DNA of 32,000 bases, taken from positions 360,001 to 392,000 of the forward strand of contig AE017199.1 in the NCBI GenBank assembly GCA_000008085.1, written 5' to 3'. The position numbers and the translations under genes are program-made. Of this stretch, positions 22,509-31,411 are shown piece after piece. The notes beneath the pieces are model-generated. The model searched no databases. It was not told the origin of the DNA and saw only the letters and a program-made list of their open reading frames with translations. This stretch comes from Nanoarchaeum equitans Kin4-M (GTDB lineage Archaea > Nanobdellota > Nanobdellia > Nanobdellales > Nanoarchaeaceae). Numbering within the stretch: the first letter of the stretch is position 1; the number at the start of each line of letters is the position of its first letter.

Positions 22509-24209
22509 TATTCCTAATAGTTTAAGCTTAAACTCTAATGCTCTCAATAGTTTTTCATTATCGCTTAGAATTATAGATAAACCTTTAGTAATCCCTCCCG
22601 GATACATACGAGATGTTCTACCAGAGGCTTGTATGTAGGTTTTAACATCTGGTATTAGAATGTTAATACCATCTCCTCTCTCTAAAGCAATAAAGGGATT
22701 TTCTTCCAATTTTTTAATTATGTCTTCCCTATTAATTAATTCGAAAGATTTGTCCCTTAGATAAATAATATTTTTCCTTAACTCTTCTAAAAAGCCATCC
22801 AACTCTTTGTTTTGTTCTATAGCTTCTTCAACCATCTTTAGTGCACCAGTAGAAACCCTTTTTATCATATTATAGGTAGTATTTAATTTTTTCTTAAACT
22901 CTTCATCAGCGTAGTCAGATAATGTTGATGCTAATAACAATATTCTTCCTATTTTTGTTTCTTTCTCTTTTGCGCTAAACCTAAACCTTGGGATGCCAAC
23001 AAATATGGCATATTTAACTACATGGGGCAAATCTATACCTCTAACGATTAACCCATAATAATGAGCTACCCCTACTAATACATCTAATTCTTTGTTGGCA
23101 TATTTGTCTAATAATTCTATAGATTTACCTGAGTAAAATGCTTCTGCTTTTATGTTGTTTTCTTTTAAATATTGGGCTATTTCTTCTGCTTTTTCAATAC
23201 CATAATCTGTTGGTACAAAAACCAAACCACCGTTTCCCAATTTTTTAATTAATTCTAAAGTTTGTTTTTTATAGTCTCTCATCTCTGTATAAACATCAAT
23301 TATGTTTCTTATTGTTGTTTTAGCAGCTCCAACTTCGAAACCTAATAGTTCTCTAAATAGTTTTACCCTTAGCCCTCTCATAGAACCAGTTGCAGATGCC
23401 GCTATTAATATACCTCTTTGTTCTTTTCTAACTAATTCCTTTAATTGTTCTTCCATTTTTCTTATTTTTTCTAAGTCTTTTCCTGAAATTTTTAGCTTTA
23501 TTAATTGCATCGCTTTTTCTATTGTAGTTTCACTAAATCCTAATAGATATAAAATGCGATCGATATTTTTACTGCTTTTCATTATAGAATCTACATCATC
23601 GGCAAAAATTATATCGAAATAATTGTTTTTTAGCAAATCAAAATTCCTGCTTAAGAATTGGTTCGATGTTATTAGTATAGAAAATGCCCCATCTTTGATT
23701 AGCTCTTTTGCTTCTTTCTTTTGCTTGTTATTTCCATAGTATGCCACAATAATATTATCAAACCCAACCCTCTCGGCAAAAACATTTATCTTTTCATATA
23801 ATTGTTTAACCAAAGTTCTAGTTGGCACTATAATATATACCTTTTTACCTTTTTTACCCCAATATAGGGCATTTACTAAAGCGAAAGTGGTTTTTCCCAT
23901 TCCAGTAGGGGCTATTATAGAAAAAGAATATCCCTTATAAGCTCTAATGAACCATGCTCTTTGTGCAGACCAAGGTTTATTGTTTACAGCTTTGTAAAAG
24001 AATTCTTCAAATTCTTTTTTGGCTTTTTCTATGTTATAAATATTGGCCCAATCTTTTAGTTTATTGTTTTCCTTTAGATATTCGTAAACTTGTTCAATTG
24101 TGCCTTCCTCATAAGGGTAATCGTTTTCACATGGCAAACCCTTAATTAATCTTTCATTAGATATTCTCCCAGAACAATTGGGGCAAACATTATTATAATA
24201 GATTTTCAT
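22482..24209 (-). CDS. rgy: Reverse gyrase, helicase-like N-terminal half only (split gene)
   Basis: The N-terminal zinc finger CPNCSGR is present. PWSAQRAWFIRAYKGYSFSIIAPTGMGKTTF (Walker A), FADDVDS (DDVD box) and IQASGRTSR (motif VI) are co-linear with the first ~550 aa of full-length reverse gyrases. The ORF stops after 575 aa, and no Toprim/topoisomerase IA domain follows in any frame. Confidence 0.9.
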   Translation of the reverse strand: MKIYYNNVCPNCSGRISNERLIKGLPCENDYPYEEGTIEQVYEYLKENNKLKDWANIYNIEKAKKEFEEFFYKAVNNKPWSAQRAWFIRAYKGYSFSIIAPTGMGKTTFALVNALYWGKKGKKVYIIVPTRTLVKQLYEKINVFAERVGFDNIIVAYYGNNKQKKEAKELIKDGAFSILITSNQFLSRNFDLLKNNYFDIIFADDVDSIMKSSKNIDRILYLLGFSETTIEKAMQLIKLKISGKDLEKIRKMEEQLKELVRKEQRGILIAASATGSMRGLRVKLFRELLGFEVGAAKTTIRNIIDVYTEMRDYKKQTLELIKKLGNGGLVFVPTDYGIEKAEEIAQYLKENNIKAEAFYSGKSIELLDKYANKELDVLVGVAHYYGLIVRGIDLPHVVKYAIFVGIPRFRFSAKEKETKIGRILLLASTLSDYADEEFKKKLNTTYNMIKRVSTGALKMVEEAIEQNKELDGFLEELRKNIIYLRDKSFELINREDIIKKLEENPFIALERGDGINILIPDVKTYIQASGRTSRMYPGGITKGLSIILSDNEKLLRALEFKLKLLGIDLHPGSSS

Positions 24210-24235
24210 TTAACAATAACTGAGAGCAATATTAA

Positions 24236-24286
24236 AAATGCTGAACATCGGGTATACTGAATAGTGATGATTAGCTGTAAAGTTCT
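24236..24286 (+). ncRNA. Degenerate C/D box-like element (possible decayed or half-functional sRNA)
   Basis: It has the same 7-12-4-3-7-12-4 spacing as the 2756 sRNA. AUGCUGA is at 24238-24244, followed by a 12-nt ACAUCGGGUAUA and CUGA at 24257-24260. After AUA comes GUGAUGA at 24264-24270 and 12 nt UUAGCUGUAAAG, but then UUCU where a D box should be. The internal C'/D' pair is perfect, while the terminal C/D pair is defective. Confidence 0.3.
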
Positions 24287-24993
24287 TTTATCCTTTTTTC
24301 TCTATATTGCTCTAGGATTTTCTTAATATCTATTTCTTCTTTTTCTTCTTTTCTCTCAGTTTCTATTTTAATTGTTATGGTAAGCTTTTGCATTTCTAAT
24401 AGCTGGGAAATCTTTTTTCTTAATGCCATGTTTTCCTCTATTAGAAAATCGATTTTTTGCTTATACTCCTCAATTATTGAAGAGCAATTCGGGGTAGGAA
24501 GCGATTTCTTTTTAATTTCTTTTTTCTCTTCTATTTTAAATTCGCTATCCAGAACATCGGTAATGGAAATGCCATTTTTTATTATTTTTTCAAATATACT
24601 ATCTACAGTTAGCTCTTCCAGTTTTTTCTCTATCTTTTTGATTAATGGGCTATAATAGTTCAAAGCGAATACTGCTGAGGCAATTGCATCTCTTTCGTGG
24701 TTGTCATTAGGGCTATAATCTTTTGCTAATTCTTTTTTTAATGATACTGGTAAATCGTCCTTTGGAGAGAATATTTTGCTTTTTAATTTCATGGCTAACC
24801 TTTCTACAGCTTTAGGGATAATTTTTTTGTCTGTAGCAATAACTAAAGGTTTCCCATACCTATGGATTACTGAAATTATTTCTTCCTCTCTGAAATCCTT
24901 TTTAGATATCTTATATAATAGGTTTCCTTTTAAGTCAAATATCGCTATAGCGCTGTATTCCCCAGGGTCGTACCCTATAATTAGACCTCTCAC
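24271..24993 (-). CDS. DUF460-like predicted RNase H-fold (RuvC/YqgF-like) nuclease with a coiled-coil tail
   Basis: The N-terminus LIIGYDPGEYSAIAIFDLKGNLL...KPLVIATD...ERDAIASA resembles the DUF460/COG2433 N-domain, with acidic residues at RuvC-like positions. The C-terminal half is Glu/Lys-rich coiled coil. Confidence 0.5.
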   Translation of the reverse strand: MRGLIIGYDPGEYSAIAIFDLKGNLLYKISKKDFREEEIISVIHRYGKPLVIATDKKIIPKAVERLAMKLKSKIFSPKDDLPVSLKKELAKDYSPNDNHERDAIASAVFALNYYSPLIKKIEKKLEELTVDSIFEKIIKNGISITDVLDSEFKIEEKKEIKKKSLPTPNCSSIIEEYKQKIDFLIEENMALRKKISQLLEMQKLTITIKIETERKEEKEEIDIKKILEQYREKRIKELYS

Positions 24994-24997
24994 TTAG

Positions 24998-26395
24998 TTA
25001 ATGTTTTTTATGAGAATTTAAAAATTCTAATACCCTTTCTAATGCTCTAATATATGCAGGCCTCGTTATAAATGCCCCAATTATTAAACCTATTAATGTT
25101 GTTAATGCAAAACCTTTCATTAACGATGCAGCAGCAAAGGCCAATGCTATTAATGCTAAACCTGTAGTAACGAATGCTCTAACTATAAATTGTAATGCCT
25201 TCTTTATACCGGTCTTTTTATGTCTAAGTAATTCATCCGTAGAAATAATTAGATAATCTACTCCAGTACCGACAGTTAATAAAATACCTGCTATAGATGC
25301 TATATCTAAAACCCAATTTATGAGAGAAGCAACAACAACAATCAAAAATATTTCAGATAATAATGCTATTCCCATTAGAATTGCTATAATAATAGAAACA
25401 ATTAAGTCTTTATATACTAGGGCGTATCTAACTAATATAAATGCTATAACTGCTATTAGAGCTATAGCTAAATCTTGTAACACATTTTTTAGAAAGGATT
25501 GGCCCGCACTCGGTATTATATTTTCTTCACTAACTATTTCAGGTTTTACAGGGAAAGACCCACTTAATAATATGGTTTGTAAATATTTCATTCTTCCGTA
25601 GGCATTTTTTATCGCATCGATCTTTGTTTCTCCTACTCCAAACCCAGTAATAGAGAACACAGTCGCTTCTTTTCCTTTTAAAGAAGGATCTATATTAAGC
25701 TTAGTTATTAGTTTGTTGTCCAAATAGAAGTCTATTGTTTTATTTAATGTTACTGTACCATTTTTCTCAACTATAGATAAATTTTTAGTTAATAAAGCGA
25801 ATCTTTTTGCTGCATCTTTATCAATCCATACAGCAAACCTATATTGGCATACCCATCCTTCTTTTGAAGGCTTACAAGTTTTTAGATCTACCCCACTACA
25901 GCTCGGGGATAAACATACCCTTATTATGTCTTTCCCGGTATAAACTGTTGTGTTATCAATTTTAGCTTCAAATTTACCTTCTCTTAATATAGATTTTAAT
26001 TTATCCTCTAATTCGGTAGGCAACTCTATAATAATATAATTACCGCTCTTGTATATTCTTACATCGCTTATTCCTAAGCTATTTAATCTCGCTTCCAAAA
26101 CTGTATATACCGCATCTACATCTTCTTTAGTGCCATTAACATACAATATAACCCTTTTCCCTCCTACAATATCGATACCAAATTTTATTTTGCTTTCATA
26201 AACAACCTCTGGATTTTTTATTGTTTTTACGCTATTATTTAATAAAATGGTTGCGTAATGGTCTTTTATTTCCAATGGTTTGTATAATTTGTTATTATAT
26301 TTAACATAAACCTTTGAAGGGAGAGCTAGATATATTAACCCAAAAGCGATAGCAACTATATAAGCTATTAATGGTATATCTCTTAGCTTAATCAT
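24998..26395 (-). CDS. secD: Protein-export membrane protein SecD
   Basis: 465 aa. It has an N-terminal TM helix, a large extracytoplasmic domain, and a C-terminal 5-TM bundle containing GTGVDYLIISTDE (SecD/F signature region). It has a 4-nt overlap with the upstream secF. Confidence 0.78.
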   Translation of the reverse strand: MIKLRDIPLIAYIVAIAFGLIYLALPSKVYVKYNNKLYKPLEIKDHYATILLNNSVKTIKNPEVVYESKIKFGIDIVGGKRVILYVNGTKEDVDAVYTVLEARLNSLGISDVRIYKSGNYIIIELPTELEDKLKSILREGKFEAKIDNTTVYTGKDIIRVCLSPSCSGVDLKTCKPSKEGWVCQYRFAVWIDKDAAKRFALLTKNLSIVEKNGTVTLNKTIDFYLDNKLITKLNIDPSLKGKEATVFSITGFGVGETKIDAIKNAYGRMKYLQTILLSGSFPVKPEIVSEENIIPSAGQSFLKNVLQDLAIALIAVIAFILVRYALVYKDLIVSIIIAILMGIALLSEIFLIVVVASLINWVLDIASIAGILLTVGTGVDYLIISTDELLRHKKTGIKKALQFIVRAFVTTGLALIALAFAAASLMKGFALTTLIGLIIGAFITRPAYIRALERVLEFLNSHKKH

Positions 26396-27147
26396 TGGTT
26401 CTTTTTGTTTTGTTCTTTATTAAGCAATAGCAACAAAGAGCCATTTTGGATCCAGGTATTTATTATATCGAATGTTAGCCCTACTAATAATACTAAGGCC
26501 ATACTTTTTAGTATTTCGTTTTGCGAGAATAATAATATTACTATCAAAGCTATTATGGTTGTTAATGTTAAGGACAACCCAGTAATTAAAGCTTCTTTGT
26601 AATTACCTTCTTCTAATACTTTTTCCGATAGCAATATGTTTGTATCCACAGAATAACCTACAAACATAAATAGACTGGCCAAAGAGGCTATAGAAAATTT
26701 AAATCCTATTAAATTTAGAAAGGCTAAAGTATCTATAACATTAGATACTAAAGCCAATATCGTTAATGCCGGAATCAATGGGTTTTTGAAGAAAAAGAAC
26801 AAAGAAACACCTACTGCCAAAAATGAAAATATAAAAGCACTAATTAGAGATTTATAAAAGTTGGATGCCACTGTAGGTTTGAATTCCCTATAGCTTACAT
26901 TGTATTTAGATTTGATTTTGTTTGCCTCTTCATAAGGTACATCTATTATATAATATTGGTCTGTTTCCTTTATTATTGCATTTTTGAATTCCGTTAAATT
27001 TAATGTTTGGTTTTTTGGAATATAGAATTCTACACCCCCTGCTAAGGAAACATCTTTTTTAATAGGCGAGGGAGAAGTTACAAGAACATATATGCTAAAT
27101 AATAATATAGATAGGCTAAAAGCTAGTCCTATCAATTTCTTTTTCAT
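26392..27147 (-). CDS. secF: Protein-export membrane protein SecF
   Basis: 251 aa. It has an N-terminal TM helix, a short ectodomain, and a C-terminal TM bundle containing VGYSVDTNILLSEKV. The secF-secD order is as in other archaea. Confidence 0.72.
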   Translation of the reverse strand: MKKKLIGLAFSLSILLFSIYVLVTSPSPIKKDVSLAGGVEFYIPKNQTLNLTEFKNAIIKETDQYYIIDVPYEEANKIKSKYNVSYREFKPTVASNFYKSLISAFIFSFLAVGVSLFFFFKNPLIPALTILALVSNVIDTLAFLNLIGFKFSIASLASLFMFVGYSVDTNILLSEKVLEEGNYKEALITGLSLTLTTIIALIVILLFSQNEILKSMALVLLVGLTFDIINTWIQNGSLLLLLNKEQNKKNQ

Positions 27148-27179
27148 TCACTTTTTATAGGGCTATTATTAAAAATAGT

Positions 27180-28178
27180 ATGAAAAAATTTCAATCTATA
27201 GAATTAAGAGTTTTGCTCGAAGAAAACCCTATCGAGGGTTATATAGAAAAAATATTCTTTTGCGATAACGATTTGGTTATAGCTTATTCTCATAAAGGTA
27301 AAAGATATCTAATAGTAAAACCTGGGTTAGTTTTTTATGGAGAAACCGAGATTATGTGTAACAAAAAGAAAACTAGATTCTCTTTAGTCTTAGAAAAATA
27401 TTTGGAGCACAAAAAAATATTGAATGCCAAAATAATAAATAGTGAAAGACTATTATTGATAGAATTCCAGGACTATAATTTATATATGGAGTTTTACCCT
27501 CCTGGAATTATAGTATTAACTGACAAAAACAATACAATATTGGAAACTAATATAACGAAAAACTTTGGATGGCGTGTTATAGAAAAGGGCAAACCCTATA
27601 TTTATAGGCAATCCCCAAACCCTTTTGATATCGAATCCTTCTATAAGCTAAAAGAGAGTGATAAAAAAGATTTAGTTAGAGCTTTAGCCATAGATTTAGG
27701 TTTCGGTAAAGTTTATGCTAACGAATTGTTATTAAGAACAAACATAGAAAATAAAAGCCCTAAACTTTTAACCGATAAGGAAATAGAGCTTTTGTATAAT
27801 AGTTTTATTGAATTATATAATGATAGGAAACCAGCAATAGTTAATAACGATGTGGTGCCTTTTAATCTATTATATTATAAGGATTATGAAAAAATTTATT
27901 TTCCAACCTATACACAAGCAGTAAAGGAATTTCTAAAAGAGAAAGAAGAGACAAAAATTAAACATATAGAAGAAACAATCAAAAAATTGGAGGAGCTTTA
28001 CAATTATTATAAGGAGATTGGCGATAAACTAATGCAAAACCAGTATTATTTAGAGCAACTAAGGCAAAACATAATTATTGCAGCAAAACAATATGGTTGG
28101 GAAAAAGTGAAAAAATATTTAGAAAGTAGGGGTATTATTGTTAACGAAAAAGAAGGTTATTTTGAAATAGACTTATGA
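27180..28178 (+). CDS. NFACT-N/HhH protein (N-terminal half of an Rqc2/NEMF/FbpA-type ribosome quality-control factor)
   Basis: The N-terminus SIELRVLLEEN..GYIEKIF... is NFACT-N-like. The helix-hairpin-helix LVRALAIDLGFGKVYANELLLRTNI....LTDKEIELLY is present, followed by one coiled-coil arm. At 332 aa it is much shorter than the ~650 aa typical for archaeal NFACT proteins, and no NFACT-R/DUF814 follows. Confidence 0.55.
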   Translation: MKKFQSIELRVLLEENPIEGYIEKIFFCDNDLVIAYSHKGKRYLIVKPGLVFYGETEIMCNKKKTRFSLVLEKYLEHKKILNAKIINSERLLLIEFQDYNLYMEFYPPGIIVLTDKNNTILETNITKNFGWRVIEKGKPYIYRQSPNPFDIESFYKLKESDKKDLVRALAIDLGFGKVYANELLLRTNIENKSPKLLTDKEIELLYNSFIELYNDRKPAIVNNDVVPFNLLYYKDYEKIYFPTYTQAVKEFLKEKEETKIKHIEETIKKLEELYNYYKEIGDKLMQNQYYLEQLRQNIIIAAKQYGWEKVKKYLESRGIIVNEKEGYFEIDL

Positions 28179-29062
28179 AGGGCATAGTATTAAAAGGACC
28201 AGATTATTATCTATCTTATTTCGAACTAAAAAGGGTTGCTAAAGCATATAATGATAAAATAGAAAGAGTATCTAAAAAGTTGGTTTTAGTAAATGATGGG
28301 CAATACTTCGATAGACTGGGCTTATCAAAATATTTGTTCGAAGTAAAAATAATAGAAGAACCAGACAGATTTTATTTAGATAAACCGATAAACCCTATAA
28401 TAATAAAAGAGCAAAATTATAATATATCTAATAGAATTAAAATGGATTTTAAAGGGGAAAAATGGGTTATTGTTAAATCCGACAAAGTTTATGCCGGTCC
28501 CCTATTGAAAATAAATCGAATTCCAAAGGAGCGCTTACCTCATAATAAACCATGTTTCCATCCTTCATCGATAATACCAACTTTGGCTAAAGTTCTTATA
28601 AACTTAACTGGTTTAAAAGAAGGAACAATTTATGATCCTTTTTGCGGTATTGGTGGTATTCTAATAGAAGCAGCATTGATGGGTTTCCAAGTTAAAGGTA
28701 GTGATATAGATGAAAAAATGTTGGAATGTGCGAAACAAAACCTTCTTTATTATGGGATAAAAGAATTCGAATTAGCTAAATGTGATGCTAGAGACTTATG
28801 TTTAGATGGAGATGCCATAGTTACAGACCCCCCATATGGGAGGTATAGCAAAGTGTATGGTAATATTTTAGAACTATACAAAGGTTTTTTGAGCAAAGCG
28901 ATAGAGAAAAATATAAATATAGTCTCTATGCTATATCCAGAATTTTTAAATCCTGAATTGTTTGTACCTAAGGGATATAAAATACTGTTAGATCGGCCAT
29001 GGGTTTCTCCAGGGATAAGAAGGCACTTTTTATTACTTGAAAGGAGAAACAAAAACGAATAA
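28175..29062 (+). CDS. THUMP-domain tRNA (guanine-N2) methyltransferase, Trm11/Trm-G10-like
   Basis: The SAM motif I IYDPFCGIGGILIEAAL, GSDID and the catalytic VTDPPYG are present. The N-terminal ~130 aa has the size of a THUMP-like module. Confidence 0.7.
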   Translation: MKGIVLKGPDYYLSYFELKRVAKAYNDKIERVSKKLVLVNDGQYFDRLGLSKYLFEVKIIEEPDRFYLDKPINPIIIKEQNYNISNRIKMDFKGEKWVIVKSDKVYAGPLLKINRIPKERLPHNKPCFHPSSIIPTLAKVLINLTGLKEGTIYDPFCGIGGILIEAALMGFQVKGSDIDEKMLECAKQNLLYYGIKEFELAKCDARDLCLDGDAIVTDPPYGRYSKVYGNILELYKGFLSKAIEKNINIVSMLYPEFLNPELFVPKGYKILLDRPWVSPGIRRHFLLLERRNKNE

Positions 29063-29083
29063 ATTTTGATTATACAATTTTGT

Positions 29084-31411
29084 ATGAGATCAATTTTAGC
29101 CTTGCTAATTTTAGGGATAGCTTTGTCTATAAAAATACCCTTGTTAGATTCGCTATTCGAATTCGATAAAAACACTGGAGAAATAAGAATAAAAAAGTTA
29201 ATACAAGATTTTGTAAAAATAAATAGTACCGTAAGCTTATTAAGTAACACTAGTATTGGTAAAGGCTCTAAAATAGTAATTGAAAAAGGAGGCAAATTAA
29301 TAGTGCCAAATAAAAACAAAGAAACTATTAAAGTTAAAGCCGAGTACTATATAGAATTCCCTATAGCAAGATGGATACAAAAGGTTACTATACATAATCC
29401 CAACAATTACGCTATAAATAATTATACCTTAATTATTAATATTGATTCAAAATTGGGAAAAGCGAAAGAATTATTCGCAAACTCTGCAAATAGTGAATTA
29501 AAGCAATATCAATATTTTGTTGCATTTGATAGTAAGGAAGTTTTGCCTTTCTGTTATTTAGATAGCGAAGGTTTTTGTACTGATACAGTAACAAATAAAA
29601 TAGCTGTTAAGATTGATGAATTAAAGCCAGGACAAACTTACACATTTTACATTGGTTTAACAAACAAAGATTATTCTTCTCCTCCAAAAGATGTGTTTCT
29701 ATTCTATGCTGATTTTGAAAATGATATAAATAACCTTGCATCGCTTAGAGAGTATTTTGATGTGTATGCAAATAACAACCCTTGTATAACTGCATGGGAT
29801 TCAAATGGTCTTCCTTTGACTTGCGGGGGATATAGCCAAGTTACAACAATTTCACCAAAAGTGAATATTTCATTGGAGACACCATTAGAAATAAAAGTAA
29901 AATACAAAGCAATAAAAATTAGGGATTATGTTGCAGACGGCTTCGCTGTTAGTTTATTTAGGAAATGCTCAACACATAATTCGTTACCTGGAGAATCCTT
30001 AGGAACATGTTACAACAATAATGGTATTATAGTAGAAGAAGACTTCTGGCAAAATTCTGAAGACCCAACTGCTCACCATTTCTCAATAGACTACAACCAT
30101 GTGCATAATATCGTATCCTGGGTTGATTTGGGAAGCTTCATAGATGGCAATAGAACAATGGTTATAAAAATAAAACCCAGTTCAAGAGTTAGAGTAGATG
30201 CGGCTTTGTATTATAATGATAATTGGTATAATATTAGTGCCGAATTGGATAAACCAAATGGAGATGCTATAACATTTTCTGCTGCCACTGGAGGAGAAAT
30301 TTCAAAAGTATACCTAAAGAAAATCGCTATACTAAGAAATGACGATGTTTCAGTTAGTACTTCAATTATTAAGCAACCCGACAATGTTAACTTTGATTAC
30401 CAAATGAATACCACGCTATATACATTCTCTTCTAAATGGGATAGGTTTACTGTAACATTTAATGAATACAGCTCCCTCTATAGATTGGTAAATGACGATA
30501 GTTTAAACATTGCCCCGGGCTGTGTTATGCATTTATATGGATGCAATGACCCATCTTCAATAAAAGTGGGTAAAACAATATTTAAAGTGAAAAACGGGGA
30601 TTATATTAGAATACCATGGGGCACTGAGCCCAGCGATGAACCTAATTCTATTTACGACTATTATATAGATGGTAACAACTTCTTTGATTTAGTAAGTATA
30701 TACGATCTTTCCTGCCCTAGCTCTCCAAAATGTTGGAACAACCCAGCAAGCTATTGTGAAAAAAGAAGAGATAACATATATCCTACATATTGGAATAGCT
30801 ATGTAACTTATGTAAATATAAGAAGCAACGGCAATTGTGGTACTGCTATAAATAATAAGACAACTTATTGGGTTTGCGGAGAAATAATAAAATTCCCATT
30901 TGGTTTGGGAGATTATGAAGAAATCGATTTAAGTTATAGGGCCAAAGAGTATAGATGGAATTCTAATTTTGTATGGTATTTCCCAGGAAAAGAAGTTGCA
31001 GGTTTTGTGGCTTGGAACAACCATAATATAAGGGTTGGCGATATAGATAGTGGGGTACCACATAGCAACATCCGCTATATACAATACTATATTAAATACA
31101 AGAACAATATATTGAGCGTTAGCACATCGCACGGGTTGCCTACTTTTAGCAAATATTATACAGGTAATTTAGATAGACTATATCTAAGAACTGGTACTCA
31201 TATGTGTTCAAGTGAAAGCGGTAGAAACTGGTGGTATATATTCTTTGTTGCAAAAAGGAAAATTGGGGACATAAAAAGTGAAAAACAAGCGCCATTAGTA
31301 TACAAAGTTAAAGTAGGCGGTACTATAGAAGGGGACAAAGATTATGTCAAAAAAATGATAGAAAAATACAAAAACTATGTAAAAAACATAAAAGTATATG
31401 TAGATATCTAG
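29084..31411 (+). CDS. Large Cys-rich secreted/surface protein with a DUF2341-like domain and a probable LamG/concanavalin-like domain
   Basis: A signal or anchor peptide MRSILALLILGIALSI is present. I prefer the ATG at 29084 over the TTG at 29066 used in the track. The segment WIQKVTIHNPNNYAINNYTLIINID...FDSKEVLPFCYLD...IAVKIDELKPGQTYTFYIGLTN fits the DUF2341 pattern (W.yr..itI.N.....L.nY.v.i.id...F.d.dg..Lpy..e....a.iwVk...l..g.t.t.y.yYGN). It is followed by VFLFYADFEND, typical of an adjoining LamG-like domain. The protein has more than 20 Cys and many N-x-S/T sequons. Confidence 0.65.
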   Translation: MRSILALLILGIALSIKIPLLDSLFEFDKNTGEIRIKKLIQDFVKINSTVSLLSNTSIGKGSKIVIEKGGKLIVPNKNKETIKVKAEYYIEFPIARWIQKVTIHNPNNYAINNYTLIINIDSKLGKAKELFANSANSELKQYQYFVAFDSKEVLPFCYLDSEGFCTDTVTNKIAVKIDELKPGQTYTFYIGLTNKDYSSPPKDVFLFYADFENDINNLASLREYFDVYANNNPCITAWDSNGLPLTCGGYSQVTTISPKVNISLETPLEIKVKYKAIKIRDYVADGFAVSLFRKCSTHNSLPGESLGTCYNNNGIIVEEDFWQNSEDPTAHHFSIDYNHVHNIVSWVDLGSFIDGNRTMVIKIKPSSRVRVDAALYYNDNWYNISAELDKPNGDAITFSAATGGEISKVYLKKIAILRNDDVSVSTSIIKQPDNVNFDYQMNTTLYTFSSKWDRFTVTFNEYSSLYRLVNDDSLNIAPGCVMHLYGCNDPSSIKVGKTIFKVKNGDYIRIPWGTEPSDEPNSIYDYYIDGNNFFDLVSIYDLSCPSSPKCWNNPASYCEKRRDNIYPTYWNSYVTYVNIRSNGNCGTAINNKTTYWVCGEIIKFPFGLGDYEEIDLSYRAKEYRWNSNFVWYFPGKEVAGFVAWNNHNIRVGDIDSGVPHSNIRYIQYYIKYKNNILSVSTSHGLPTFSKYYTGNLDRLYLRTGTHMCSSESGRNWWYIFFVAKRKIGDIKSEKQAPLVYKVKVGGTIEGDKDYVKKMIEKYKNYVKNIKVYVDI

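Noticed and set aside
28750-29319. 189-aa minus-strand ORF spanning the junction between the methyltransferase and the large surface-protein gene.
   Set aside because: It is antisense to two plus-strand genes that have clear motifs (DPPYG) or a clear signal peptide. Its translation is Phe/Ile/Leu/Ser low-complexity with no motif, so it is a shadow ORF.
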